Made by a program: the position numbers and the translations under genes
Notes under the pieces: generated by a model
The model's database searches: none
Told to the model about the DNA's origin: nothing
Seen by the model: only the letters and a program-made list of their open reading frames with translations
Shown here: piece after piece, positions 9,879-19,320 of the stretch
Numbering within the stretch: the stretch's first letter is position 1
Layout: each line of letters starts with the position of its first letter
Source of the DNA: Candidatus Daviesbacteria bacterium GW2011_GWA1_41_61
GTDB taxonomy: Bacteria; Patescibacteriota; Microgenomatia; Daviesbacterales; UBA10151
DNA: 64,000 bases
NCBI GenBank assembly: GCA_000997385.1
Contig: LCBT01000003.1
Span: 892 to 64,891 of the forward strand
Direction: 5' to 3'

Positions 9879-10967
9879 ATGTTTTCTTTTGACTCCTTAA
9901 AAACCATTTTTTACCTTAAAGATAAGTCACTGCTAATTTATAGTGACAAGCTATCAGATGGTTTTATAAAATGGGATTTTCCTCCCCGGCTGGTAGAGAA
10001 TTTAGAGATTCAGGACCAGACAGCTTTTACAGATCAGTTGACTGCCTGGATTAGCGGGGCTAAGCTGGGTAAACAGAAAGCCTTAATTGTTTTATCAGAA
10101 GAGGTTTTATTTAGCAAAACTTTATCTTCCGATGATAGAAATACCGCTTCTTCTGTTGAGAGCTTCTTAAACGAGATCCCTTTTGATTCTGAAAAAGTAG
10201 CCAAGATATATTTTTCCGCAGATAGCGGTATCGTGTTGGCAGCTACCAATAAAGAGCTTTATCAGACGGTGATTGGTGCTTTGGAGAAGTTGGGATGGGA
10301 AATCGCGGCGGTAGTTCCTTCTTTAATCTGGGGTCAACTGGGTGAAACCTTAGATCCACCAAGGATTCTGCAAAAACCTGATCTTCTCAAAAGTAATAAT
10401 TTTTTAACTCCTCCGGATTTTAATAATCTGCTCGCTCAGACTGAAACTAAAGAAGAAGCAGCCGGTGAAAAGATCGCTCAGATTGAAGCTAAAAAGGGAA
10501 GTACCTCTAAAATAATTTGGTGGGTAACCTTAGTCATCACTTTAATTTTAGCCGGAATTTTAGGAGTTACCTTAAGGGAGAATTTCCTTAAATCCTCTGC
10601 GAAAAAAACAGCTGCACCTGCGGCAGTTTTTTCACCGACTCCTTTTTTTACTGTTACTCCTACACCTTTGATAGAAGTTAGTAAGGAAGATCTGAAGGTA
10701 GAAGTTTTAAATGGTACCGGGATACCAGGTCAGGCAGTTGGAGTGAAAGAGCTTTTACAAAAGCTGGGGTTTGTAAAGTTTGAGGTGGGTAATACTGAAG
10801 AGAAAGTGACTGAGGCAGTGGTAATTTTTTCAAATAGGGTGTCCCAAGATATTCAAGATGAAGTTTTAGAAGAGCTTCAAAAAACTTTTACCAAGGTCTG
10901 GACCAGGACAGGGGAGATAGAAGCAGATATCCAAGTTACCACCGGTAAGTATCTTCAGAAGGAGTAA
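9879..10967 (+). CDS. Membrane protein with C-terminal LytR_C domain and possible degenerate PilM-like N-terminus
   Basis: Single TM helix, PTP linker, VEVLNGTGIPGQA motif. Confidence 0.65.
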   Translation: MFSFDSLKTIFYLKDKSLLIYSDKLSDGFIKWDFPPRLVENLEIQDQTAFTDQLTAWISGAKLGKQKALIVLSEEVLFSKTLSSDDRNTASSVESFLNEIPFDSEKVAKIYFSADSGIVLAATNKELYQTVIGALEKLGWEIAAVVPSLIWGQLGETLDPPRILQKPDLLKSNNFLTPPDFNNLLAQTETKEEAAGEKIAQIEAKKGSTSKIIWWVTLVITLILAGILGVTLRENFLKSSAKKTAAPAAVFSPTPFFTVTPTPLIEVSKEDLKVEVLNGTGIPGQAVGVKELLQKLGFVKFEVGNTEEKVTEAVVIFSNRVSQDIQDEVLEELQKTFTKVWTRTGEIEADIQVTTGKYLQKE

Positions 10968-11037
10968 GCTCTTTTAACCTGGCTTTTTAGGCACAAAAGA
11001 CCAACTTCTTGCTTGATCTTACTTGGGCTTCTAGGGA

Positions 11038-11068
11038 CACCCCTTAAAGGCCAGGCCTTGTGAGGCTA
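11038..11068. repeat. 31-bp palindromic REP-like element (copy 1)
   Basis: CACCCCTTAAAGGCCAGGCCTTGTGAGGCTA; its terminal CTA is the TAG stop of ORF 11066-12085. Confidence 0.65.
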
Positions 11069-12085
11069 ACTTTCAAACCAAGGAGTAAATTGGGGAGGGA
11101 TTAAGCCTTGGGCTAAACGCTTCTTCATTCTCTCTTTGACTAATTGACTTTGTTGGGACAATTTTTTTAAGTGTTCCATGGTAGTCAGAAACTCAGGATC
11201 TGTTATCAATTCAGCTTCACTTTTACTGTGACCTTTTAAATAATTAAAAGTTCGTCCCTCAATAGTTTCCAAACGGTCATAATTGGGAACTTCCAGGGTT
11301 TGCCAGACAAGATCCCTGCCATCAATAAAAAGTTTTCTAATCTCCTCCTCCATTCTAGCTTTTTCTCCTTCCATTGTAGCTATGCCCCCTTCCTTTTGGG
11401 ATTTACTTATACCCAACCTTTCTCTTAAAATCTCCTCCCCAAAGTCATGCAGTAGTAAATCATTGATCTGAGCCAGTTCTACTCTGGCTACACCACCAAC
11501 ACTTAATGCTTCCATGAGCAGTTCCTGATTGGGGTGAAAAAGAGTTTGGGTAATCTTTCTTTCGGCAATATCAATAGCTTTTTGGTAATAGTTAGTTGCT
11601 TGCTCTAAGTTAGGCTTTCTGCTGGCGGGTCTTCTTTCATAAGTTATGGCTTTGGCCCTGGCAATTTCTGCCTGCCAAATAATTGGTCCATGAAGGGTAT
11701 GGTTGATCTCATCCAAACTAGGGAGATATCGCTCTAATTTTCCCAGTTGTTTTAAAGCCCTATCTAACAGCCTATTTTTGGGGTGAGTAGCAGTTACACT
11801 ATACCTTGCCTGGCTTTCCAGGGCGTTGGCAGTCATAAAAATTGCCCCAGCTAAAGCCAAGACAACTCCTTCTTCAATTTTAGGAGCCACTCTTTGTAGA
11901 CGGTGTTCTGCCTGGAAAGCAAGTCTTAAGGCTCCTCTTATAATCTGATCATAATTTTGGTAGATTATTTCTCGGGGATGAATTTCCGCCTCACCACTGA
12001 CAGCAGCTCTATCCTGCTCTAGTTTATCTAAAGCAACTTTAAATTGAGCCACAATTTCTTCTGCTGGTCTTTCTTGATAAGCCAT
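11066..12085 (-). CDS. Hypothetical helical protein
   Basis: 339-aa ORF with TAAAAT 6 nt upstream of the ATG; no motif recognised. Confidence 0.65.
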   Translation of the reverse strand: MAYQERPAEEIVAQFKVALDKLEQDRAAVSGEAEIHPREIIYQNYDQIIRGALRLAFQAEHRLQRVAPKIEEGVVLALAGAIFMTANALESQARYSVTATHPKNRLLDRALKQLGKLERYLPSLDEINHTLHGPIIWQAEIARAKAITYERRPASRKPNLEQATNYYQKAIDIAERKITQTLFHPNQELLMEALSVGGVARVELAQINDLLLHDFGEEILRERLGISKSQKEGGIATMEGEKARMEEEIRKLFIDGRDLVWQTLEVPNYDRLETIEGRTFNYLKGHSKSEAELITDPEFLTTMEHLKKLSQQSQLVKERMKKRLAQGLIPPQFTPWFES

Positions 12086-12183
12086 AAGTGTATTTTATTA
12101 CAAGATCTAATTTTGTGCAAAACTTAAGGTTTTATTTAAGGCCGTTGCAAGAGCTTTCCATAAATGGTAAACTTAACAACGAT

Positions 12184-12426
12184 ATGTTAATTTGTAGTCT
12201 GTGTCAAAAGGGAATGAAAAAAGTTGCCTGGTCCAGGCATAAAAAGGGATCTTCAGGTGCCGGTGGTACCTGGGCCTTGCGTGCTCAGATTCACAAAAGA
12301 ACCCAAAGACCTAATTTACATACCTATAGGGGTATTAAACTTTGTACCAAATGTCTTAGAATGGTTAAAGCTGCCTCTGACAAGGGTCGGGATTTATTAG
12401 CTGAACAATTTTCTCCAGCAGCTTGA
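12184..12426 (+). CDS. rpmB: 50S ribosomal protein bL28 (divergent, Zn-binding form)
   Basis: CxxC...K...SRH...KRTQRPNLH...CTKCLR pattern. Start moved to ATG 12184. Confidence 0.75.
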   Translation: MLICSLCQKGMKKVAWSRHKKGSSGAGGTWALRAQIHKRTQRPNLHTYRGIKLCTKCLRMVKAASDKGRDLLAEQFSPAA

Positions 12427-12535
12427 GCCTAAGTAAATTTCTTACCATTTTCTTACCTTTCTATTATTTGTTTATTTCTTTGTTTTCTAACAATGGATAT
12501 ATATCTATGAGCCATCGGGCTCATATCTTAAATCC

Positions 12536-13447
12536 ATGACAGAAGCACCCATTAAAGACATTAAATATTTCCCCATGCAGTGGCATCATTTAAAAAATAT
12601 AGTATCCCCTATGGATGAGACAAAATTTTTTATTATAACTCTTCCTGGGGGGAGAAAAATTAGGGCTGATTTAGCTGAGTTGACCCCTCCCCGGAAAGTA
12701 GAAAATAAAGAGCCCACCCCAAAGGATGAGCTCTCACCAAACTTTAGCCCGGCGGTAGCTTTTATGCCCTTGCTCCCTAGGTCAGTGGAATATATTCAAA
12801 GATTAAGGCAAGAGGGATGGGAGTTGTCCTGGGGGGATATGGCGGAGATTTTATTACAGACTCAAGCTATCCGGGATGTAATTAGTGTTTTTCATCAAAG
12901 GAGAGTTGAAGCGATTGCCGGAGGTCTTGCCGAGGTTTTAGGATATACAGGAGAGGCTTTAGAAAATGTCCGTTTGGCTGGGTTGCTGCATGATATTGGC
13001 AAAGATGGTGTTCCTGAGGAGATTGTCAAAAAGAAGGGGAAGTTAACAGAAGAGGAATGGAATGTTATGGACCGCCATCCGACAGTAAGCGGAGCAGTGT
13101 TGCAGGCCTTAAATTTTAAGAGGCAGGTTATTGATGCTGTTAGACAACACCACAAAGATTGTTTAGGGAATGGTTATCCAAAGACTATTTCAGTAAAGGA
13201 AATTACCCAGGAAGGACAAATTATTAAGATGGCTGATGAAATTGATGCTTCCTCCAATAATCGTGGCTACCCTCGAGAAATTAAAACCCCAGAAGAGCTT
13301 TGGGCTGAGTTTATTGAGGGCATGAAGGGGGGAAAGAAATATCTTAAAAGAGTTGTTTATGCAGTGAGAAAAGCTTATCAAACTAAGTTTAAGGAGTGGG
13401 AGGAAGTTCAAAGGATTTTTCAGCCTCAACCAGAGCTGTTAGCCTAA
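12536..13447 (+). CDS. HD-GYP domain phosphohydrolase
   Basis: LLHDIGK, K.GKLTEEEW, HP, HH...GNGYP, ADEIDA motifs. Confidence 0.85.
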   Translation: MTEAPIKDIKYFPMQWHHLKNIVSPMDETKFFIITLPGGRKIRADLAELTPPRKVENKEPTPKDELSPNFSPAVAFMPLLPRSVEYIQRLRQEGWELSWGDMAEILLQTQAIRDVISVFHQRRVEAIAGGLAEVLGYTGEALENVRLAGLLHDIGKDGVPEEIVKKKGKLTEEEWNVMDRHPTVSGAVLQALNFKRQVIDAVRQHHKDCLGNGYPKTISVKEITQEGQIIKMADEIDASSNNRGYPREIKTPEELWAEFIEGMKGGKKYLKRVVYAVRKAYQTKFKEWEEVQRIFQPQPELLA

Positions 13448-14295
13448 AGCTCTTTTAGAGGGAAATTTGGATAACCTCTTAAAAACTCTTCTAATTTTAC
13501 TGGTTTTTTGCCTTCCATTTGGACAAGCCCTTCTGGTAAAAATTTAACCACTTTGTTATTCCATCTAGTCCAGGCTGTAGGCCAGGGATAATAAGCTCTG
13601 ATCATTCTGTCTAATTTATCTAAAGATGGAGGATTAGTAATTTCAAAAAACCCATCCTTTTTAGTAATAAGTTTGGTAAAAGTAGCAGCCTGATGGTTTT
13701 GTTCTTTTAAAGTGAGCTTTCCTTTAATATATTGGGGTATAACCTCGATTAAAATTTCAGCTGCTTCCTCAAACATTTTTATACTCAAAGAATCAAAAGT
13801 ATCTTGATCTGACATCCTTATCTCTTTTGTATAAAGTATCGGTCCATGGTCCATTTTGGCATCCATCTTAATAATGGTGATACCAGAGACTTTATCACCA
13901 TTTAAAATAGCAGCTGGGATAGGAGAAGACCCTCTATATTTAGGTAAAAGGGAGGGATGGACATTTAAAGCTCCCAGTCTGGGGATATTGAATAATTGTT
14001 GAGGTAAAATTTTACCATAGGCAGCTACTATATAAAGATCAGCATTTAAAAAGGGCAGATGGTTTTTGATAAATTCTTCATCCAGTTTTTCAGGTTTTAA
14101 AACTGGGATGCCATACTTTTGGGCTGTCTCAGCCACTGGGGATGAAGTGAGAATTTGTTTTCTGCCTACTGGTTTATCAGGAGCAGTCACTACTCCTTGT
14201 ACCTGGAAATGCTCAGTTAGCTTTTGCAAAATGGGAACCACCAAAGAAGGGGTTCCAAAGAAAACAAGGGGAATAATATTTGGGTCTGTTTTCAT
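13444..14295 (-). CDS. fmt: Methionyl-tRNA formyltransferase
   Basis: FFGTP, PDKPVGR, AAYGKIL, NVHPSLLPKYRG, MDHGPI. Confidence 0.96.
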   Translation of the reverse strand: MKTDPNIIPLVFFGTPSLVVPILQKLTEHFQVQGVVTAPDKPVGRKQILTSSPVAETAQKYGIPVLKPEKLDEEFIKNHLPFLNADLYIVAAYGKILPQQLFNIPRLGALNVHPSLLPKYRGSSPIPAAILNGDKVSGITIIKMDAKMDHGPILYTKEIRMSDQDTFDSLSIKMFEEAAEILIEVIPQYIKGKLTLKEQNHQAATFTKLITKKDGFFEITNPPSLDKLDRMIRAYYPWPTAWTRWNNKVVKFLPEGLVQMEGKKPVKLEEFLRGYPNFPLKEL

Positions 14296-14308
14296 ATATT
14301 TATATATC

Positions 14309-14339
14309 TAGCTTCGCAAGGACCAGCCTTGCGTGGCTA
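14309..14339. repeat. 31-bp palindromic REP-like element (copy 2)
   Basis: TAGCTTCGCAAGGACCAGCCTTGCGTGGCTA; its terminal CTA is the def stop codon. Confidence 0.75.
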
Positions 14340-14855
14340 AAGTAATTTTACCGGTTCAAAGATGTCAGATCCGGCTTTGTCCTTACCAACTGTTTTATAG
14401 ATTTTACCTTTTTGCTTTAAAACGTGATCTATAAATAAAGTTCCATTTAAATGATCCATCTCATGTTGAAAGATCCAGGCATCAGTTCCCTGAAGCTTTT
14501 TAGTAATTTTTTTCCCCTTCTCATCTTCATACTTTACAGTAATAAAAGTAGATCTTTCAGTTTCTCCCCAGATATTAGGAATGGATAAACATCCTTCAAA
14601 ATAAGTTTTTTTCTTAGGGGAATAGGATAAAATGTGAGGATTAAAACAGATAATAAATTTTTTACCCGATTTAGCTATAAAAAATTTTTCATCTCTGCCT
14701 ACTTGAGTAGAAGCCAGCCCTACCCCTTCTGGATCCTTAAAGCTTTCTGTCAGTTTAACCATCTCTGCTGCTGTTTTTAAAAGCTCAGGAGTGACCTTTT
14801 TGATAGGTTTTGTCTTAATTCTTAATTTTAAATCAGGTGCTTTAACCACTTGCAT
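14337..14855 (-). CDS. def: Peptide deformylase
   Basis: GVGLASTQVG, EGCLSIP, QHEMDHLNG. Confidence 0.97.
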   Translation of the reverse strand: MQVVKAPDLKLRIKTKPIKKVTPELLKTAAEMVKLTESFKDPEGVGLASTQVGRDEKFFIAKSGKKFIICFNPHILSYSPKKKTYFEGCLSIPNIWGETERSTFITVKYEDEKGKKITKKLQGTDAWIFQHEMDHLNGTLFIDHVLKQKGKIYKTVGKDKAGSDIFEPVKLL

Positions 14856-14896
14856 GCCTAGATTTTATCATTTTGATCTTGAATTTGCCAATTTGA

Positions 14897-15742
14897 TTAT
14901 TTTTTAGCAATTACAAATAAATTATCCACATTTACCTGGCCTAAAGTGAGATTATCCACCATCCTGGTAAAATAGAAAAACCAATTTTTGGCTAACTTGG
15001 AAAATGGGTTTTTAGAGCCAGCCATGCTTTGGATGGGATGGAAGTGGACAAACTCTATTCTGTTGAAGCCATTCCGTTGGAGGACTTTTTTAATGGTTTG
15101 AGGGGAATAAATATTTACATGGTCTTTTGATTCTAAATAATAGACTCCTTTCTTTGTTCCCTTGATTAATTTTTTTAATCTGGCTTTGGGCAGCTGGTTT
15201 AAAATATTGGGGGTGTGAATAAAAAGCAACCCATCTTTTTTTAAAACGGAATGAAGATAAGAAATCAGAGGATGGGGGTTGGGGATGTGCTCAATGACAT
15301 CCCACAAGGTAATAATATCAAAGTAATTTTTAGGCAAATTAGACTGCTCAACCTTTCCTAAATAGACATTCTTTAGCTTTAATTTGTTCCGGGCAAATTT
15401 CACTGCTGAGGGAGATATCTCATAACCTACAGTTTGCCAACCGGAATAGGAGGAGATCTTTTTGACAAAAAATCCTAAACCGCAACCTACGTCCAGTAAC
15501 CTACCATTTTTCCCTTTTAAATACCTATTACAAAAATCAGTGTATATCTTTTCATGAGCCTCATTCCACCAATATTGCTCTTCTGACTTTATCTGATCAG
15601 GGAAATATCCGTCGTAATTTTGGTCAAGTTGATATGAAGAAAAAACATGTCCGCAGCTTTGGCATTTTAAAATATCAATATCAAATTCTTTGAAAATAAC
15701 TTTGTTATGTGAATCTTGACAGACAACACATTGTTTACTCAT
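14897..15742 (-). CDS. Class I SAM-dependent methyltransferase with N-terminal Zn ribbon
   Basis: CxxC...CxxC, LLDVGCGLG, FDIITLWDVIEH. Confidence 0.88.
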   Translation of the reverse strand: MSKQCVVCQDSHNKVIFKEFDIDILKCQSCGHVFSSYQLDQNYDGYFPDQIKSEEQYWWNEAHEKIYTDFCNRYLKGKNGRLLDVGCGLGFFVKKISSYSGWQTVGYEISPSAVKFARNKLKLKNVYLGKVEQSNLPKNYFDIITLWDVIEHIPNPHPLISYLHSVLKKDGLLFIHTPNILNQLPKARLKKLIKGTKKGVYYLESKDHVNIYSPQTIKKVLQRNGFNRIEFVHFHPIQSMAGSKNPFSKLAKNWFFYFTRMVDNLTLGQVNVDNLFVIAKK

Positions 15743-16005
15743 GTCTTCTTGTCATTTTTAAGTTGTTGTAACTTCCACATAAAAACCCTGGCTTTGGATT
15801 TGGCACTAGTGTAACCTTTGGTATAGTTTAAAGCCTCTTCTAAAAGACTTCTTTCATACTCTTTGGCTAACTTAATATAGAGAGAGTAGTGTTCGGGATC
15901 TCCTAAAGTGTCAGCTAAGAAAACTCCGTAAACTTGAAATTCTTGGGAGAGATTTTTAGGCCTGTTAGGGTTTCGCTCCTCCAGTATTTGTCCCAGGCGT
16001 TTCAT
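15739..16005 (-). CDS. Small hypothetical protein
   Basis: 88-aa ORF tightly coupled to both neighbours. Confidence 0.65.
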   Translation of the reverse strand: MKRLGQILEERNPNRPKNLSQEFQVYGVFLADTLGDPEHYSLYIKLAKEYERSLLEEALNYTKGYTSAKSKARVFMWKLQQLKNDKKT

Positions 16006-16008
16006 CCA

Positions 16009-18168
16009 TTATTTCCCTTTCCACTGCTCTAAAGCTTCTAAAACTTCTTGATCCTGAGGATTAATTTTTAAAATTATTTCCAATTGGGCTATGGCCTGGT
16101 CCTTTTTCCCTTGTCTGGAATATAATTTAGCTAAAGTAATTCTGGCATCCCGGTAATCCGGCTTCATCTGCAAAGTCTTGTTGAGAAGTTCCACTGCTTC
16201 ATATTGTTTTCCTAAATCATCCAGGATTACTGATTTATGGTAGGGCAGTTTAGGATCGGTGGGAGCCATGGCGGCAGTCTTGTCCATCAGTTCTAAAGTT
16301 TTGGGGATATATTTTTCATCTAAATCTGACAGTAGATAATAGGTTCTTATAGCCGCCCGGTAAAAGGAAACATTGCGGGGGCTTTCCGCTAAAATTCTCT
16401 CTGTCTCGGTAATTGCTTCTTTTTTCAGCTCAGCGGAGAGGGTGGCATCTTTATTCTCTAAAGCTACGGCTGCAGCGGCAGCAGCGTAGCCTAAATCACT
16501 GCGGTATTGAGGCTCCCTGGGGTTGAGACCGGCTGCTTCTGACAGGAAGTTGTAGGCCTTGCCAACCTCTCCCTGATCATTGGCTTTCCCCCCTTTGGCA
16601 TAAGCTATATCAGCCAGATAATATTTTAGAAGGTTAACGAGTATCATCGAGGAGACAAGTAAAACTAATACCTGTAAAGCTTTAGAGTAAAGGGAGCGGC
16701 GGTAGAGTGTCCAACCAGCTATTTTGTTTAACCTGGGGAGGGATAAAGGTTTAGTGTTTTCCGAGATTAAAAAGGCTAAGGCCGGAAACAGATAAAAAAA
16801 GACCGCAATGATGACTACCGAAAAGCCAAAAAAGTTTTGGATATGGTAGGAGATATAGCTTGCCAGCAAGCTAGTAATTAGTAGTATGTGGTTGGTATCA
16901 AGGGTTTTTTGCTTACTGCTTAATACATAATACTTAATACTCCAAAAGATAAAGGCTAGAATTAAAAACATGTAAGTGCCAAACCCTACTATTCCTGTAG
17001 TGGCTAAATAATTGACAAATTCATTGTGGGCTTTGTTATATAAAAAGTCCCACTCTGATAAGTAGTTATGTTCCATGGGCCTGAAGTTATAGTAAGAATA
17101 GGCAAAGGTTTCTACTCCTGAACCAAAGATGGGGTAGTGTTTAAAAATTTCTATAGCCCCTTTCCAGACCACCAGCCTGATCTGTCCTGACTCACTGCCC
17201 CCGGCTTCTAACTGACTGCCCAGGGAGGCTAAAAAGGTAGTAGGTTGGGAGGAATCCAGAAAAAGTTTGAACCTGGTCAAAGTAGAGCCAAAGATTAAAT
17301 TGATCAAAAATAAGCTAACCAAAATCGCTCCAAAAAGCTTGGCGTTTTTGGCAGAGGTCTTAGGTGATAATTGATTTACCGGGACCTTTTTAAATAAAGA
17401 GTGGATAATTTTAGTTAAATTATCTTTAAAGATGGGTATTTGAAAAAAGATAAAAACACTCAACCCCCCTAAAAATCCCAGCGTTCCACCTCGGGAATAG
17501 GTAAAGGTGAAGGCCATGTAGATAATGACGGCATAGAGCAAGTAGCGGATAGCAGTTAATTTATCGGGGGCTTTAAGGACAAAATAAATAGCCGGGAAGA
17601 TGAGCATGGCCAGATAAGCTGCCAACCAATTGGTTTGGCCTAAGGTGGCAAAAACCCGGGCTTGGACATTTTGGATCCAGCAGGCAGCATCAAAATTACC
17701 TGTTAAAAAAATACAGGAGGGGGAAACTCCAAAATGCTCCGGGATAGCATATAAAGCTACTATCAGACCACCAACTACAGCTGCTTTTAAAAACTTAATT
17801 CCTTCTTGAGTTTTAAAGTTAGAAACTAAGGCATAGTACAAAAGAGTATAAGAGATAATAGATATAAGTCCCCCATTGGAGCGGGTGTAATATCCCCACC
17901 AGGAAGTATGGGGATCAATGGAAAAAATAGTGGAAAGAATGTTGGCTCCTAAAAAAAAGAGTATGGGTATATCTAAAGGAGTCCTTTTTAGTATTAACTG
18001 TTTATTTTGGATTATGCGGATAATCCAGGCAGTGGTGATAACCAGGGTTAAAAAGTAGACAAAGATCATTTTGTTATATTCAAACAGTTCATAGTTTAAG
18101 GGAAACCACACCAGGGGTGTAATCAGAAACAGGGCATAGAAGGAAAATTTGATAATGGTTTGAGTCAT
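16009..18168 (-). CDS. O-antigen ligase-family membrane protein with C-terminal TPRs
   Basis: Many TM helices; TLGQTNW, TYSRGG, R..VWKGA, GSGVETF, KAHNEF; TPR-like tail. Start placed at ATG 18168. Confidence 0.85.
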   Translation of the reverse strand: MTQTIIKFSFYALFLITPLVWFPLNYELFEYNKMIFVYFLTLVITTAWIIRIIQNKQLILKRTPLDIPILFFLGANILSTIFSIDPHTSWWGYYTRSNGGLISIISYTLLYYALVSNFKTQEGIKFLKAAVVGGLIVALYAIPEHFGVSPSCIFLTGNFDAACWIQNVQARVFATLGQTNWLAAYLAMLIFPAIYFVLKAPDKLTAIRYLLYAVIIYMAFTFTYSRGGTLGFLGGLSVFIFFQIPIFKDNLTKIIHSLFKKVPVNQLSPKTSAKNAKLFGAILVSLFLINLIFGSTLTRFKLFLDSSQPTTFLASLGSQLEAGGSESGQIRLVVWKGAIEIFKHYPIFGSGVETFAYSYYNFRPMEHNYLSEWDFLYNKAHNEFVNYLATTGIVGFGTYMFLILAFIFWSIKYYVLSSKQKTLDTNHILLITSLLASYISYHIQNFFGFSVVIIAVFFYLFPALAFLISENTKPLSLPRLNKIAGWTLYRRSLYSKALQVLVLLVSSMILVNLLKYYLADIAYAKGGKANDQGEVGKAYNFLSEAAGLNPREPQYRSDLGYAAAAAAVALENKDATLSAELKKEAITETERILAESPRNVSFYRAAIRTYYLLSDLDEKYIPKTLELMDKTAAMAPTDPKLPYHKSVILDDLGKQYEAVELLNKTLQMKPDYRDARITLAKLYSRQGKKDQAIAQLEIILKINPQDQEVLEALEQWKGK

Positions 18169-18237
18169 ATTATCGTTTGAACTCAATCCTACCAAAAAAG
18201 ATTGTTCTTGCAAAGCCCTTATGCTACACTCTCCGTG

Positions 18238-19293
18238 ATGTTTGATAAATTTTGGCAACTTTTTTCCCACGATATTGGCATAGATTTAGGGACTGTTAAC
18301 ACCCTGGTGTTAGTTAAAAATAAAGGTATTGTTATCCGTGAGCCTTCAGTGGTAGCTATCCACAGAAAAAGTAAACAGGTTTTAGCTATTGGTTCTGAGG
18401 CTAAAAGGATGCTGGGTAGAACTCCCCAAGCTATTGAAGCAGTGAGACCCTTAAGAGATGGGGTGATCTCTGATTTTGATACTACGGAAGCGATGCTACG
18501 TCATTTTATTCACAAAGTTCATCAAAACCCCTCTTCCAGATGGAAAGTTCCCAAAATTTCCCGGCCCAGGGTAGTTATTGGCATCCCCTCGGGGGTGACG
18601 GAGGTAGAAAGAAGGGCAGTTCAAGATGTGGCTTTGGTAGCCGGGGCTAGGCAGGCATATTTAATAGAAGAACCAATGGCTGATGCTATTGGAGCAGGGC
18701 TGTCTATTGAAGAGCCCGAGGGGAATATGATTGTGGATATTGGCGGGGGGACAACTGAGATAGCGGTCATTTCCTTAGGCGGTATGGTGACGAGTAGGTC
18801 CCTGCGGGTAGCTGGAGATGAGATGGATCAGGATATTATCAATTATTTAAAGATGAGGTATGGGCTGTTAATCGGAGAGAAGACTGCCGAAAATATAAAA
18901 ATTGAAATTGGTTCAGCAGTGCCTTTAAAGGAGGAAAAAGAGACAGTAGTTAGAGGCAGGGATTTGGCTACCGGCCTGCCTAAATCTTTAAAGATCTCCT
19001 CTAAAGAGATTAGGGAAGCCATATCAGGGACCATTAATCAGATCATCGGGACTATTGGTGAGGTGTTGGAAGAAACTCCTCCAGAGCTGGTAGGTGATGT
19101 TTTAGAAAGAGGGGTGGTGATCACTGGAGGGGGGGCATTGCTTCGAGGTTTGGATAAAAAGATTGCTGAAGAAACCAAGATGCCGGTGTGGATCGCTGAT
19201 GATCCTTTAACTACAGTTGTCAGGGGTTGCGGCAGAGTTTTGGAAGATTTAGATCTTCTTTCCAAGGTTAAGGTTACGGGAGGTTTAAGGTAG
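18238..19293 (+). CDS. mreB: Rod shape-determining protein MreB
   Basis: DIGIDLGTVNT, RPLRDGVI, TEVERRA, DIGGGTT, TGGGALL. Confidence 0.97.
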   Translation: MFDKFWQLFSHDIGIDLGTVNTLVLVKNKGIVIREPSVVAIHRKSKQVLAIGSEAKRMLGRTPQAIEAVRPLRDGVISDFDTTEAMLRHFIHKVHQNPSSRWKVPKISRPRVVIGIPSGVTEVERRAVQDVALVAGARQAYLIEEPMADAIGAGLSIEEPEGNMIVDIGGGTTEIAVISLGGMVTSRSLRVAGDEMDQDIINYLKMRYGLLIGEKTAENIKIEIGSAVPLKEEKETVVRGRDLATGLPKSLKISSKEIREAISGTINQIIGTIGEVLEETPPELVGDVLERGVVITGGGALLRGLDKKIAEETKMPVWIADDPLTTVVRGCGRVLEDLDLLSKVKVTGGLR

Positions 19294-19320
19294 AAGGAAT
19301 CTTATGTTATACTGGCGCTT

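Noticed and set aside
12507-12524. Hairpin ATGAGCC-ATCG-GGCTCAT before the HD-GYP gene
   Set aside because: It is short and has no U-tract, so I cannot distinguish a REP remnant from a terminator or chance.
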